NCBI GenBank assembly: GCA_964596065.1
Contig: CAZQSM010000001.1
Location: forward strand, 1,623 to 65,622
Direction of reading: 5' to 3'
Origin: an uncultured Chlorobiaceae bacterium
GTDB taxonomy: Bacteria > Bacteroidota > Ignavibacteria > UBA10030 > SZUA-254
Length of the DNA stretch: 64,000 bases
Part shown: one piece after another, positions 7,670-17,402 of the stretch
How positions within the stretch are numbered: the first letter of the stretch is position 1
How the letters are laid out: the number at the start of each line of letters is the position of its first letter
The notes under the pieces: model-generated
What the model was told of the DNA's origin: nothing
What the model saw: the letters and a program-made list of their open reading frames with translations, nothing else
The model's database searches: none
Program-made: the position numbers and the translations under genes

Positions 7670-9292
7670 ATGGCCCCGAACCTCAGGATCCTGATCGCCG
7701 ACGCGGTCGACGGGAAGGCGAGGGAGATCTTCGCCGCCGACGGCCTCGATGCCACCTACGCCCCGGAGATCTCCCACGCGGAACTCCTCGCGGCGATCGG
7801 CGGCTACGCCGCGCTGGTCGTCAGGAGCCGGACGACCGTCTCCGCGGACGTGCTGGCGGCCGGCACCGCCCTCCGGGTGGTGGGACGGGCGGGGGCGGGG
7901 GTGGACAACATCGACCTCGGCGAGGCCACGCGCCGCGGCGTGGTCGTGATGAACACTCCGGGCGGTAACACCGTTTCGACCGCGGAGCACACCATCTCGA
8001 TGATGCTCGCGCTCGCCCGGAACATCCCGGCCGCCGACCGCAGCGTCCGTTCGATGGAATGGAAGCGGAAGGAGTTTGTCGGGATCGAAGTCGAGGGGAA
8101 AACGCTCGGTCTCATCGGCCTCGGGAAGGTCGGCCAGGAAGTCGCGCGGAGGGCGATCGCGTTCGGGATGCGGGTCGTCGCCTGCGATCCCCTCCTCCCC
8201 GACGAGGCCATGCGGAAACTCGGCGTCGAACCCTTGACCCTGCCGGGGCTCTACCGCTGCGCCGACTTCATTTCGCTCCACACGCCGCTCACCCCGGAGA
8301 CGAAATACCTGCTCAACGAGGAGACGATCGGGATGTGCAAGAAGGGGGTCCGGATCGTGAACTGCGCTCGCGGCGGCATCGTCAATGAGCGGGACCTCCT
8401 GGCGGCGCTCGGCGAGGGGACCGTGGCGGGCGCAGCGCTCGACGTGTTCGAGCAGGAACCGCCCCGGAATTCCGATCTGCTTTCACACCCCCGGATCATC
8501 TGCACCCCGCACCTCGGAGCCTCGACGGAGGAAGCGCAGGAAAAAGTGGCGCTGCAGGTCGCGCGCCAGGTCTCCGATTACCTCCTCGACCGGGCGATCG
8601 CCGGTTCCGTCAACGCCGATCTGATCCGCGTCGCGCTCCGCGGGGAGCTGCGGCCGCTGATCGGCCTGTCGGAAAGGATGGGCCGCGTGATGGCCCAGCT
8701 CAACACCGGCCCGATCACCGGGGTCCGGCTCACGCTGCGGGGCACGGTCCCCGAGGACGCGGGGGACACCGTTCTCGCCGCGTTCCTCAAGGGACTCCTC
8801 GGTTCGCTGCTCTCCGACACGATCAATTTCATCAACGCCGGTATCCTGGCGCGCGACCGGGGAATCACGACCACGGCGATCCGCGAACCCGGACCCGGAC
8901 GTTACCCGCTGGAGATCGAGGCCGCATGTTCGACGGGGGACGCGGACCGCGTGATCGCCGGAACCGTTTTCGGTCACCGGGATGTTAGGATCATATGCCT
9001 CGACGGGTACCATTTCGAAGTCAAGCCGGAGGGGAATCTGCTCGTGTACTATAATACCGACAAGCCCGGTATGCTGGCGAGCGTCAGCTCCATCCTGGCC
9101 AGGCACTCCATCAACATCGCCGACCTATCGCTGGGACGGCTCAAACCCGGAGAGAAAGCCCTCACCCTCATCGCCACCGACCAGCCGGTTTCGGAAACAA
9201 TATTGCGCGAAATAGACAAAATTGGCGGGATCAGCGACATCCATAGTCTCGAACTGGGTACCGGAATGGATGATTTATCCGCTCGGACTTGA
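7670..9292 (+). CDS. serA: D-3-phosphoglycerate dehydrogenase (long form with ASB and ACT domains)
   Basis: VVRSRT, GRAGAGVDNID, NTVSTAEH, GLGKVG, NCARGG, DVFEQEP, TPHLGAST, C-terminal DKPGMLA ACT domain. Confidence 0.95.
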   Translation: MAPNLRILIADAVDGKAREIFAADGLDATYAPEISHAELLAAIGGYAALVVRSRTTVSADVLAAGTALRVVGRAGAGVDNIDLGEATRRGVVVMNTPGGNTVSTAEHTISMMLALARNIPAADRSVRSMEWKRKEFVGIEVEGKTLGLIGLGKVGQEVARRAIAFGMRVVACDPLLPDEAMRKLGVEPLTLPGLYRCADFISLHTPLTPETKYLLNEETIGMCKKGVRIVNCARGGIVNERDLLAALGEGTVAGAALDVFEQEPPRNSDLLSHPRIICTPHLGASTEEAQEKVALQVARQVSDYLLDRAIAGSVNADLIRVALRGELRPLIGLSERMGRVMAQLNTGPITGVRLTLRGTVPEDAGDTVLAAFLKGLLGSLLSDTINFINAGILARDRGITTTAIREPGPGRYPLEIEAACSTGDADRVIAGTVFGHRDVRIICLDGYHFEVKPEGNLLVYYNTDKPGMLASVSSILARHSINIADLSLGRLKPGEKALTLIATDQPVSETILREIDKIGGISDIHSLELGTGMDDLSART

Positions 9293-9317
9293 CATCAGAA
9301 ACAGCGTTTCTTATATT
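9289..9317 (+). promoter_or_regulatory. sigma70-type promoter of the TonB-receptor cluster, with the -35 overlapping the serA stop
   Basis: TTGACA (9289-9294) - 17 nt - TATATT (9312-9317). A possible second promoter is TTGACA 9378-9383 with CAGAAT 9400-9405. Confidence 0.75.
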
Positions 9318-9499
9318 GGCAAGAGTTATCAGATGTCCGTTCAAACTTCACTTCAATCCAAACAGGGGAAATTCTTATTGACAAATTGAGACGGCTTACC
9401 AGAATCTCCCCCCAGAGAATATTCCTCCTCCCGAATCAGGCAGGAGTATGCAGGTGTCCGGACCTCCACAGGTCCTATATCCGGGCAAATGTTGGATGT

Positions 9500-9511
9500 A
9501 CACACACACAC
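9500..9511 (+). repeat. (AC)6 dinucleotide run in the 5' leader
   Basis: ACACACACACAC about 20 nt upstream of ATG 9533. Confidence 0.7.
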
Positions 9512-9532
9512 CATACCTGAAAGGACGCAGCG

Positions 9533-12500
9533 ATGCTAACCCGACTCACTCTCCTATGCTCTCTTCTCCTTCTCCCGGCGCTCCTTCTTGCCCAGGGGAC
9601 AGGGAAAGTCAAGGGAATCGTCACCGATCAGGCCAGTAACGAGCCCCTGATCGGCGCGAGCGTATCCATCGAGGGGACTTCCCTCGGGGCGGCCACCGAT
9701 ATTGACGGAAATTACATCATCCTGAACGTCCCCGCCGGCACCCACACGGTGCGGACGAGTTACGTCGGGTACCAGATGGTGTCGGTGAGCAACATCCTCG
9801 TCAACTCCGGCCTTACCACGGAGCTCGACTTCAAGCTCACGAGCGAAGAGCTGCAGCTGCAGCCGGTCGAGATCATCGCCGACCGCCCCCTCGTGAACAA
9901 GAGCGCGACGAACGCGGTCCGCATTACGACCGGAGAGGATATCCAGAACATGGCGGTCCGGGGAGTGAACCAGATCATCGCCCTCTCGCCCGGCGTCGTC
10001 CTCCAGGACAACACGGTGTTCATCCGCGGCGGCAGGCAGGACGAAGTCGGATTTTACCTTGAAGGAGTGCCGATCACGAACAAGTTCGTGGGCGGCCGGG
10101 CCGTGACGCTCGTCCAGGACGCAATCGAGGAGATCCAGGTCCAGGCGGGCGGTTACAACGCGGAATTCGGCGGCGCCAACTCCGGCATCATCCAGACGCA
10201 GCTGCGCTCCGGGACCAGCGACTGGAAGGCCAGCGCGCAGTACTCTTCCGACAACCTCGGGTTCAAGAGCACCGAGGGCCTCTACAAAAGCGAAAAGACG
10301 CTCGGGACATATTCATACGGCTTCAACGAATTCACGGGGACGCTGAGCGGCCCCCTGGGGAGCGAAAACGTCAAGCTCTTCGGGCTCTTCAACTACAATT
10401 TCAACCGGGACCAGACCCCCCAACCCTATCCCGGGATCAACCTCGGCGTCATCTCCGATCCCGTGACCGGCGATTCGATCGATCTGACGTACCCGGCCGG
10501 GCCGGTGTACGGCAACTCGCTGGAACAGTTCACCTACACCGGGACGCTCTCGTTCGACCTGAAACCGGTGTTACTGCGCTTCGGCGGAACCTACACCGCG
10601 GGGACGAGCTTCAACGCGTTCAGCGCGGCGAGGGTCGCCGGCAATATCGCGAACATCCTCAACACCGGCAGGATCGAGAAGGTCGAGACGGGGAACGGCG
10701 CGTACAACCTGAAGGTCACGCACCTGCTCAACCCGACGACCTACTACGACATCAACATCGGGTACTTCCGGCAGACCTCCAACACGTTCGATCCGCTGCT
10801 CGGGGACGATTTCCTCAACTACGGCGACAGCCTGACGAACGCAGCGGTCGGCGTGACCAATTTCGCGAGCCGTTACCTCCGGCCCACGCGCGTCAACATC
10901 TTCACGTTCTCCTTCAACGCCCCGGGCGACCTCGTTGCCGACTACGTCCGGTTCAAGCGCGAAAACATCTCGCTGTCCGGCGGCATCACGTCGCAGATGT
11001 CCCAGCACTCCCTGAAAGTGGGGGGGGAGTTCCAGCGGTACGCGATGAGAAATTACAGCTTCGGCAATGAAGGCGTGTTCGCGCTCGCCGGCCTGATCGC
11101 GCAGAACGACGCCCTCGCCGCCAACGACCCGAACAAACTGACGCTGGAACAGATCCTCAAGCGGAGGGGCGTCAACAATTTCGGGTACGACGTGTTCGGC
11201 GCCGAGAACGACGAGGGGGGAAGCCTGTTCAGCCTGTTCGACGTGTATCCCGACGGCGGGCTCTCCAGGGCGAAATACCCCGTCTTCGCGGCGATCTACC
11301 TGCAGGACAAGATCGAGTTCCGGGACCTCGTGCTGAACCTCGGCCTCCGGTACGATTACATCAACAGCGACAGCTACGCGTTCGTCGACCCGGAGCACCC
11401 GGAACTGGCGATCAACAAGACGACGAACGAGTTCAATATGAACGGCCTCTACCGGGTGGCCCCCTACAAGGCGGTCAGCCCGAGGATCGGCATGGCGTTC
11501 CCGGTCACCGACCGGACGGTGTTCCACGCGCAATTCGGGAAATTCGTCCAGCAGTCGAGGCTCCGCGACGTCTACCAGGGGTATTACGCGACGGGAGCCA
11601 ACCTCGGCGGAGGGTTCTTCATCCCCGCGCCGGTGGGCTTCGACATCCGCCCGACCCGGACGACACAGTATGAGATCGGGTTCACGCAGCAAGTCAGCGA
11701 TTTCGCGTCGTTCGACATCACCGGATACTACAAGGACATCCAGGATCAGATCGTCTACGATCAGCAGAACGCCGGCACCGGATCCCCGTTCGGGTCGTAC
11801 TTCATCCTCCGCAACGGCGATTTCGCGACCACCAAGGGGGTCGAGATGACCTTCAACATGCGGAGGATCAAGAGGGTGCAGCTCAACGCGAACCTCTCGT
11901 TCAACGACGCGCAGGGCACCGGCTCGTTCCCCAATTCGAACCGGGGAGTCGTGGGCGCGCCGCTCGACGGCGTCACGGTGTTCAAGCCGCAGTACGTCAC
12001 GCCGCTGGAGTACAACAACTCCATACGCGGCAGCATCAACCTCGATTACCACTTCGGGAAGAACGACGGTCCGCCCGCGCTCCAGCAGTTCGGCGGCGCA
12101 CTCCTGACGACCTTCAACAGCGGCCATCCGTACACGGCGGGCATCGGCGGCGCGGACCTCGAAGGGGACGCGCGCGACCGGCAGCCCACCCAGCCGTTGA
12201 ATTCGTCCTCCACACCGTGGTTTTTCCAGAGCGACCTCAGGCTCGACAAGAGCTTCACCATCGCGGACCGCCTGAACGCCACCATTTACTTCCTGGTCAC
12301 GAACATCTTCGACACGAAGAACGTCACGAACGTCTTCCTGAGGACCGGGACGGCGGATGACGACGGCTACCTGAGCGATCCGGAGCTCGGCGGGCAGCTG
12401 ATCCAGACGTACGGCCAGGACTACGCCGACATGTACCGGGCCATCAACATCGATTATTACGAACAATATCAGAACGCGGGCGGATTGAACACCGTCCCGT

Positions 12501-12553
12501 TCCTCTTCGGTCCGCCGAGGCAGGTCCGGTTCGGCATCAGGCTGGACTATTAA
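9533..12553 (+). CDS. TonB-dependent outer-membrane transporter with N-terminal carboxypeptidase-regulatory-like domain
   Basis: Signal peptide; GKVKGIVTD..EPLIGASV..GAATDIDG N-domain; plug FIRGGRQDEV..GGYNAEFG; barrel motifs QDKIEF..NLGLRYDY, SPRIGMAFP; C-terminal RQVRFGIRLDY. Confidence 0.92.
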   Translation: MLTRLTLLCSLLLLPALLLAQGTGKVKGIVTDQASNEPLIGASVSIEGTSLGAATDIDGNYIILNVPAGTHTVRTSYVGYQMVSVSNILVNSGLTTELDFKLTSEELQLQPVEIIADRPLVNKSATNAVRITTGEDIQNMAVRGVNQIIALSPGVVLQDNTVFIRGGRQDEVGFYLEGVPITNKFVGGRAVTLVQDAIEEIQVQAGGYNAEFGGANSGIIQTQLRSGTSDWKASAQYSSDNLGFKSTEGLYKSEKTLGTYSYGFNEFTGTLSGPLGSENVKLFGLFNYNFNRDQTPQPYPGINLGVISDPVTGDSIDLTYPAGPVYGNSLEQFTYTGTLSFDLKPVLLRFGGTYTAGTSFNAFSAARVAGNIANILNTGRIEKVETGNGAYNLKVTHLLNPTTYYDINIGYFRQTSNTFDPLLGDDFLNYGDSLTNAAVGVTNFASRYLRPTRVNIFTFSFNAPGDLVADYVRFKRENISLSGGITSQMSQHSLKVGGEFQRYAMRNYSFGNEGVFALAGLIAQNDALAANDPNKLTLEQILKRRGVNNFGYDVFGAENDEGGSLFSLFDVYPDGGLSRAKYPVFAAIYLQDKIEFRDLVLNLGLRYDYINSDSYAFVDPEHPELAINKTTNEFNMNGLYRVAPYKAVSPRIGMAFPVTDRTVFHAQFGKFVQQSRLRDVYQGYYATGANLGGGFFIPAPVGFDIRPTRTTQYEIGFTQQVSDFASFDITGYYKDIQDQIVYDQQNAGTGSPFGSYFILRNGDFATTKGVEMTFNMRRIKRVQLNANLSFNDAQGTGSFPNSNRGVVGAPLDGVTVFKPQYVTPLEYNNSIRGSINLDYHFGKNDGPPALQQFGGALLTTFNSGHPYTAGIGGADLEGDARDRQPTQPLNSSSTPWFFQSDLRLDKSFTIADRLNATIYFLVTNIFDTKNVTNVFLRTGTADDDGYLSDPELGGQLIQTYGQDYADMYRAINIDYYEQYQNAGGLNTVPFLFGPPRQVRFGIRLDY

Positions 12554-12598
12554 TTGACAACGTCGACGATACTCCACCAAAAACAGGAGCGAATGAAT

Positions 12599-15500
12599 AT
12601 GAAACGCACTCTCTTCACGATACTCGCCGTCCTGCTGGGCCTCGGCCTGACGCACTCCGGCGCCGCGAGCGCGGCGGGGGGGGACAAGCAGGTTCGACAG
12701 AAGGTTTCGACCCCCTCGGGGACACCCATCAGGGCGTACCTGAACATCAATAACATCTCCACGGTGTTCAAGAACACCGGAATCTCCGATATCGACGTCC
12801 AGGAGGCGAATTCAGGTCTCGTCTTTCCGAAGGGATCGAGGAAGACGGCGGTGTACGCCTCGGGGTTCCTCTGGGGAGGGAAGGTGGGGAGTGAAGTCAG
12901 GGTCGGTGGATCGGCATACCGCGAGGGGATGCAGGGGGGGAAAATCCTGAGTCCGGGCGTCGCGGAGAGTCCCGATCTTCCGAAGAACCGCATCTACAGG
13001 GTCCGTCCGGATGAGCAACCGGGACCGGTCGACGCGAACCTCTCCTCGGAGGTGGCAGACGAGGGGATCCCGGAGGACGCGATCCGCACCCAGTACGAGA
13101 CGGATTGGACGGAATGGCCCGCCGGCGACGGCGCGCCGTACACCGACGTCGACGATAACGGCAGTTATGATCCGAACGTCGATATTCCCGGCGTCCCGGG
13201 CGCCGATCAGACGATCTGGTATGTCGCCAACGACGTCAACTCGACGCTCACGACCAACCTCTACGGGTCGAACCCGATGGGCATCGAGATGCAGGTGACG
13301 GTCTGGGCGTACGCGCAGCAGGGCGCCCTGGGAAACATGTTCTTCCGTAAGTACGTCATCATCAACAAGAGCCTGAGCCCGATCGACAGCATGTACGTCT
13401 CGATGTGGTCCGATATCGACCTGGGGAACTCGACGGACGATTTCGCGGGGTGCGACACCACGCTCAGCCTCGGCTACTGCTACAACGCCAACGCGAACGA
13501 CGCGACGTACAACCCGCTCCCCCCGCCGGCGGTGGGATTCGACTTTTTCCAGGGTCCGCTCGTCGACGCGCCGGGCGAGACGGGGATTTCGAACGGCCAG
13601 GTGATCGCCGACAAGAAAAACCTGCCGATGACGGCGTTCTATTATTTCGCCCGTGGCGACGCCTCGGTCACCGATCCGACGCAGGGTTCGTACGAGGGAA
13701 CGACGCAGTTCTATAATTTCTTCCAGGGGAAGATCGGCAGGACCGGGGTCTTGTTCGAAGATCCGCACACCAACCAATCGACGACGTTCGCCCTTGCCGG
13801 CGATCCCCAGACCCGTTCCGGATGGCTCGACGGCGACCTGCTCCCCGCCGGCGACCGCCGCATCGGCCTCGCCTCCGGACCGTTCACGATGGCGGTCGGA
13901 GACACGCAGGAGATCGTCGTCGCTGAAATTGTCGCCGGCGCGATCCCGGGCGTGGACCGGATATCCGCGATCGGCCTCCTGAAGTTCTACGACCTCCAGG
14001 CGCAGCTCGCGTACGACAACTTCTTCCGACTCCCGACGCCGCCCCCGGCCCCGAACGTGACGGTGGCGGAACTCGACAGGGAGATCGTGCTCGATTGGTC
14101 GAAGGACGCCAACCAGGTGAACCTGACGGAGACGTCGGACATCAAGGGGTACAAGTTCCAGGGATACAACGTCTACCAGCTTCCCTCCGCGTCGGCCAGC
14201 ATTTCGGAGGGTGTCCGCGTCGAGACGTTCGACATCAACGACGGCATCGGGAAAATCTTCGACCAGGTGTTCGATCCCAAAACCGGGTCGGTGGTTTCAC
14301 TCCCTGTCCAGTTCGGCAACGACACGTACATCCAACGGTTCCTCTCGATCAGGCAGGACGCGATAAAACAGCAGCCGCTGGTCAACGGCATCAGATACTA
14401 TTTCGCCGTGACGGCCTATAATTACAATCCCGATCCGCTGGCGGTCCCGAACAACCTCGAAACGCCGTTGAGGGTGATCGCGGTGACGCCGCACACCCTG
14501 AATCCGGGTGTCTCGCTGGGGGCCGGAAACGGCGGATCGATCGTGCCGGACCACAACGGCACCGCGGACGGTGATGTGACGGTGACGATCGTGGATCCGA
14601 CCGCGACGACAGGCGACGAATACCAGATCTACTTCACTCAACGGGAAGAGATTCGCGACGCCGAGGGCGACTGGGTGCCGTCGAGCACGATCCAGGCGCG
14701 CAGCCGGTCCACCGCCGGCCCCGATACCGTGGTAAATTCAACGATCGACATCGCGGGTGTATACGGGGTGGTCCCGGGGCAACTCCAGCTTCACTTCGCC
14801 CTGACCGTCGAATCACCCGAGGGGGCCTGGGTCGACGGGATCACGCTGACCTTCCCGTCCGGTGTCACGATCCTCAGCGCCCCATCCTTCGAGGCGGGGG
14901 GCGGGGACATTTTTCCGCAGATCGTGGGAAACCAGATCCGAATGGGCCTGATCGACCACGAATACACGGAAAACGGCGTCTTCCACGGCGGCGAAGAATG
15001 GGACATCCTCGTCCAGGGTCCGCTGCCGCTCCCGGTCGACTGGGTGGTGTTCGATGACGGGTATCTCGGCACGCCCCTCGACGCGCAGGGGACGACCACC
15101 GTCACCACGGTCGGGAACGTGTCCCGGACTGCAAAATACTGGAATCTTAAAAACGTCAACACGGGTGTCGTAAAACTCGAGAACCAATCCCTGATCAACG
15201 GGATCGACACATTCCCCGATCGCGACGATATTTCCACGAACATCGGAAATCCCGCCTCACCGGTCGTGGATGGTTTCCAGACGATGCTGAACGTCAATTA
15301 TGCCGCTCCCCTGACTTTTTTCAATGTATCGGTGAATGGGGAGTCGATACCGATCGCGGAAGGGACGGCAGGCGCCCTCGGACAGCGATGGACCGGGAGT
15401 AATTTCTCGGTGACGGACTACGGGTACTTTGGTATCGATCCGACGTCGCTCGGAGCGGCCGGTTACGGATCGACCTCCGTCAACGACCTCCAGCAGGACT

Positions 15501-16336
15501 ATGAATTCCGCTGGACGGGCGTCGAGGGCGATTCGGTGATCGGGGGACAGACGGTCAAGGTGATCAAGTCGGGCGGGTCGATCGCGACACTCTACGGGGC
15601 GAGGCTCTTCAGCATCGCGAACCATCCGCTGAATCCGAACCCGGGGTCGACGGCGCCGTTCCTCGTCCGGATACCGTTCGAAGTCTGGAACAAGGACAAG
15701 GGGATTCAGATCAACTATGAGTTTTACGATCGGGCGCAATCCAACCCGGCGGCCGACGGTTTCTACGTATGGAACCCGAACGCGCGTGTCTACGCCCAGA
15801 TCCTCGACACCCCGTACGACTCGACCCACATCGCCAACGGTTCGACGGGCGGGTCTGACGCCGACTCCTACACGTGGAACAACGTCTGGTACCAGTCCAA
15901 CTGGACGGTCGGTGATGTGGTCGAGATCGACTACGTCAACCCGATCCAGATCGGCGTGGACACGTATAATTTCACGACGACGGCGCCAGGGTACTCCGCG
16001 AATACGGCCAGGGCGCAGGTGGACGAGATCAACGTCTTTCCGAATCCATACTACGGGGTGAACACGGAGGAACTGAACAAGTACCAGCGGTTCGTGACGT
16101 TCACGCACCTGCCGGCGAAGGCGACGCTCAGGATCTTCAACCTCGCGGGCGGGCTGGTCAGGACGATCGAAAAGGACGATCCGGGCCAGTTCCAGCGCTG
16201 GGACCTGGCGAACTCCTCGGGCCTTCCCGTGGCCAGCGGTTTCTACGTCGTCTACATCGACCTGCCGGAGTTGGGCACGACGAAGATCGTCAAGCTGGCG
16301 ATCATCCAGGAACGCCAAATCCTCGACCGATTCTAA
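12599..16336 (+). CDS. Large secreted protein of unknown function with a T9SS-type C-terminal sorting domain
   Basis: AGGAG RBS then MKRTLF signal peptide; DVDDNG Ca-binding-like motif; FnIII-like segment after PTPPPAP; C-terminal INVFPNPY..FTHLP..RIFNLAG..WDL..VASG..K. Confidence 0.75.
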   Translation: MKRTLFTILAVLLGLGLTHSGAASAAGGDKQVRQKVSTPSGTPIRAYLNINNISTVFKNTGISDIDVQEANSGLVFPKGSRKTAVYASGFLWGGKVGSEVRVGGSAYREGMQGGKILSPGVAESPDLPKNRIYRVRPDEQPGPVDANLSSEVADEGIPEDAIRTQYETDWTEWPAGDGAPYTDVDDNGSYDPNVDIPGVPGADQTIWYVANDVNSTLTTNLYGSNPMGIEMQVTVWAYAQQGALGNMFFRKYVIINKSLSPIDSMYVSMWSDIDLGNSTDDFAGCDTTLSLGYCYNANANDATYNPLPPPAVGFDFFQGPLVDAPGETGISNGQVIADKKNLPMTAFYYFARGDASVTDPTQGSYEGTTQFYNFFQGKIGRTGVLFEDPHTNQSTTFALAGDPQTRSGWLDGDLLPAGDRRIGLASGPFTMAVGDTQEIVVAEIVAGAIPGVDRISAIGLLKFYDLQAQLAYDNFFRLPTPPPAPNVTVAELDREIVLDWSKDANQVNLTETSDIKGYKFQGYNVYQLPSASASISEGVRVETFDINDGIGKIFDQVFDPKTGSVVSLPVQFGNDTYIQRFLSIRQDAIKQQPLVNGIRYYFAVTAYNYNPDPLAVPNNLETPLRVIAVTPHTLNPGVSLGAGNGGSIVPDHNGTADGDVTVTIVDPTATTGDEYQIYFTQREEIRDAEGDWVPSSTIQARSRSTAGPDTVVNSTIDIAGVYGVVPGQLQLHFALTVESPEGAWVDGITLTFPSGVTILSAPSFEAGGGDIFPQIVGNQIRMGLIDHEYTENGVFHGGEEWDILVQGPLPLPVDWVVFDDGYLGTPLDAQGTTTVTTVGNVSRTAKYWNLKNVNTGVVKLENQSLINGIDTFPDRDDISTNIGNPASPVVDGFQTMLNVNYAAPLTFFNVSVNGESIPIAEGTAGALGQRWTGSNFSVTDYGYFGIDPTSLGAAGYGSTSVNDLQQDYEFRWTGVEGDSVIGGQTVKVIKSGGSIATLYGARLFSIANHPLNPNPGSTAPFLVRIPFEVWNKDKGIQINYEFYDRAQSNPAADGFYVWNPNARVYAQILDTPYDSTHIANGSTGGSDADSYTWNNVWYQSNWTVGDVVEIDYVNPIQIGVDTYNFTTTAPGYSANTARAQVDEINVFPNPYYGVNTEELNKYQRFVTFTHLPAKATLRIFNLAGGLVRTIEKDDPGQFQRWDLANSSGLPVASGFYVVYIDLPELGTTKIVKLAIIQERQILDRF

Positions 16337-16367
16337 CACGATGACCTTACTTGCAAAGGAGCTTACA

Positions 16368-17402
16368 ATGAAACGACTAATCGGCTTTTTGATCGTCGTC
16401 GTCCTGGGCCTCGTAACGCTGCACGAAGGCATCGCCGGACCCGGAAACCGGGCCGGAACGGGAGGGGCGGCGCAGCTGCTCGTCCCCGTCGGGGCGAGGG
16501 ACCTCGCGATGGGCGGCTCGACCATCTCCACGACCCGGGGTATCGAGTCGCTCTTCTGGAACCCCGCCGGGGTGGCCAGGAGCGACAATTCCGCAAACCT
16601 CATCTTCTCGCATATGTCGTACATCGCCGACATCGGCGTGGAGTATGGGGCGGTATCCGGTAAATTCGGGGACCTCGGCACGTTCGCACTCAGCGTGAAG
16701 TCGCTTTCCGTCGGGGACATCCCGGTGACCACCACCGAAAATCCGGACGGTACGGGCCAAAACTACTCACCGCAATTCTTCACGGCCGGTCTCACCTACT
16801 CCAGGATGCTCAGCGACAGGATCTCCGTCGGGTTGACGACGAACATCATCTCGGAGAGGATATCGGACGTCAGCGCCTCCGGGGTAGCGTTCAATGTCGG
16901 TGTCATCTACGATAACCTCGCGGATTTCCAGGGCCTGAGCCTCGGCGTGGTGGTGAAGAACATCGGTCCGCAGATGAAATACGACGGGCCGGCACTCTAC
17001 CAGGTGGGCGACGTGGCGGGGCAGAACCGGCCTCCCCAGTACCTGAAGATCGACACGGCGCCGTTCGAGCTTCCCGCGTCGATCGAGATCGGGCTCGGGT
17101 ATCGTTCGACGGTGAGTGAAAACGCCGACCTGCTCTTCTCCGGCGCATTCCAGAGCAACAACTTTTCGCAGGACGAATACCGCCTCGGTGCCGAGGCCGC
17201 GATCAACAAGATGTTCTTCATCCGCGGAGGGGCCTCGTTCGCGCCCGACACCCCCGACGACGAGGAGTACATCTACGGCTTCACCGTCGGCGGCGGCATC
17301 CAGTACGATCTCGGCGACGCGAACATCGCCGTCGATTACGCCTTCAGGGACACGGAATTTTTCTCGGGGAATCACATCATTGCGGTGCGGCTCGGTTTCT
17401 AG
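16368..17402 (+). CDS. PorV/PorQ-family outer-membrane beta-barrel
   Basis: Signal peptide; L.VPVGAR..AMGG, FWNPAG, alternating beta-strands, C-terminal F. Confidence 0.82.
   Translation: MKRLIGFLIVVVLGLVTLHEGIAGPGNRAGTGGAAQLLVPVGARDLAMGGSTISTTRGIESLFWNPAGVARSDNSANLIFSHMSYIADIGVEYGAVSGKFGDLGTFALSVKSLSVGDIPVTTTENPDGTGQNYSPQFFTAGLTYSRMLSDRISVGLTTNIISERISDVSASGVAFNVGVIYDNLADFQGLSLGVVVKNIGPQMKYDGPALYQVGDVAGQNRPPQYLKIDTAPFELPASIEIGLGYRSTVSENADLLFSGAFQSNNFSQDEYRLGAEAAINKMFFIRGGASFAPDTPDDEEYIYGFTVGGGIQYDLGDANIAVDYAFRDTEFFSGNHIIAVRLGF

Noticed and set aside
10571-12655. 694-aa minus-strand ORF and the many similar 100-500 aa antisense ORFs in the track
   Set aside because: Shadows of well-supported genes on the opposite strand; Arg/Pro/Gly-rich nonsense composition
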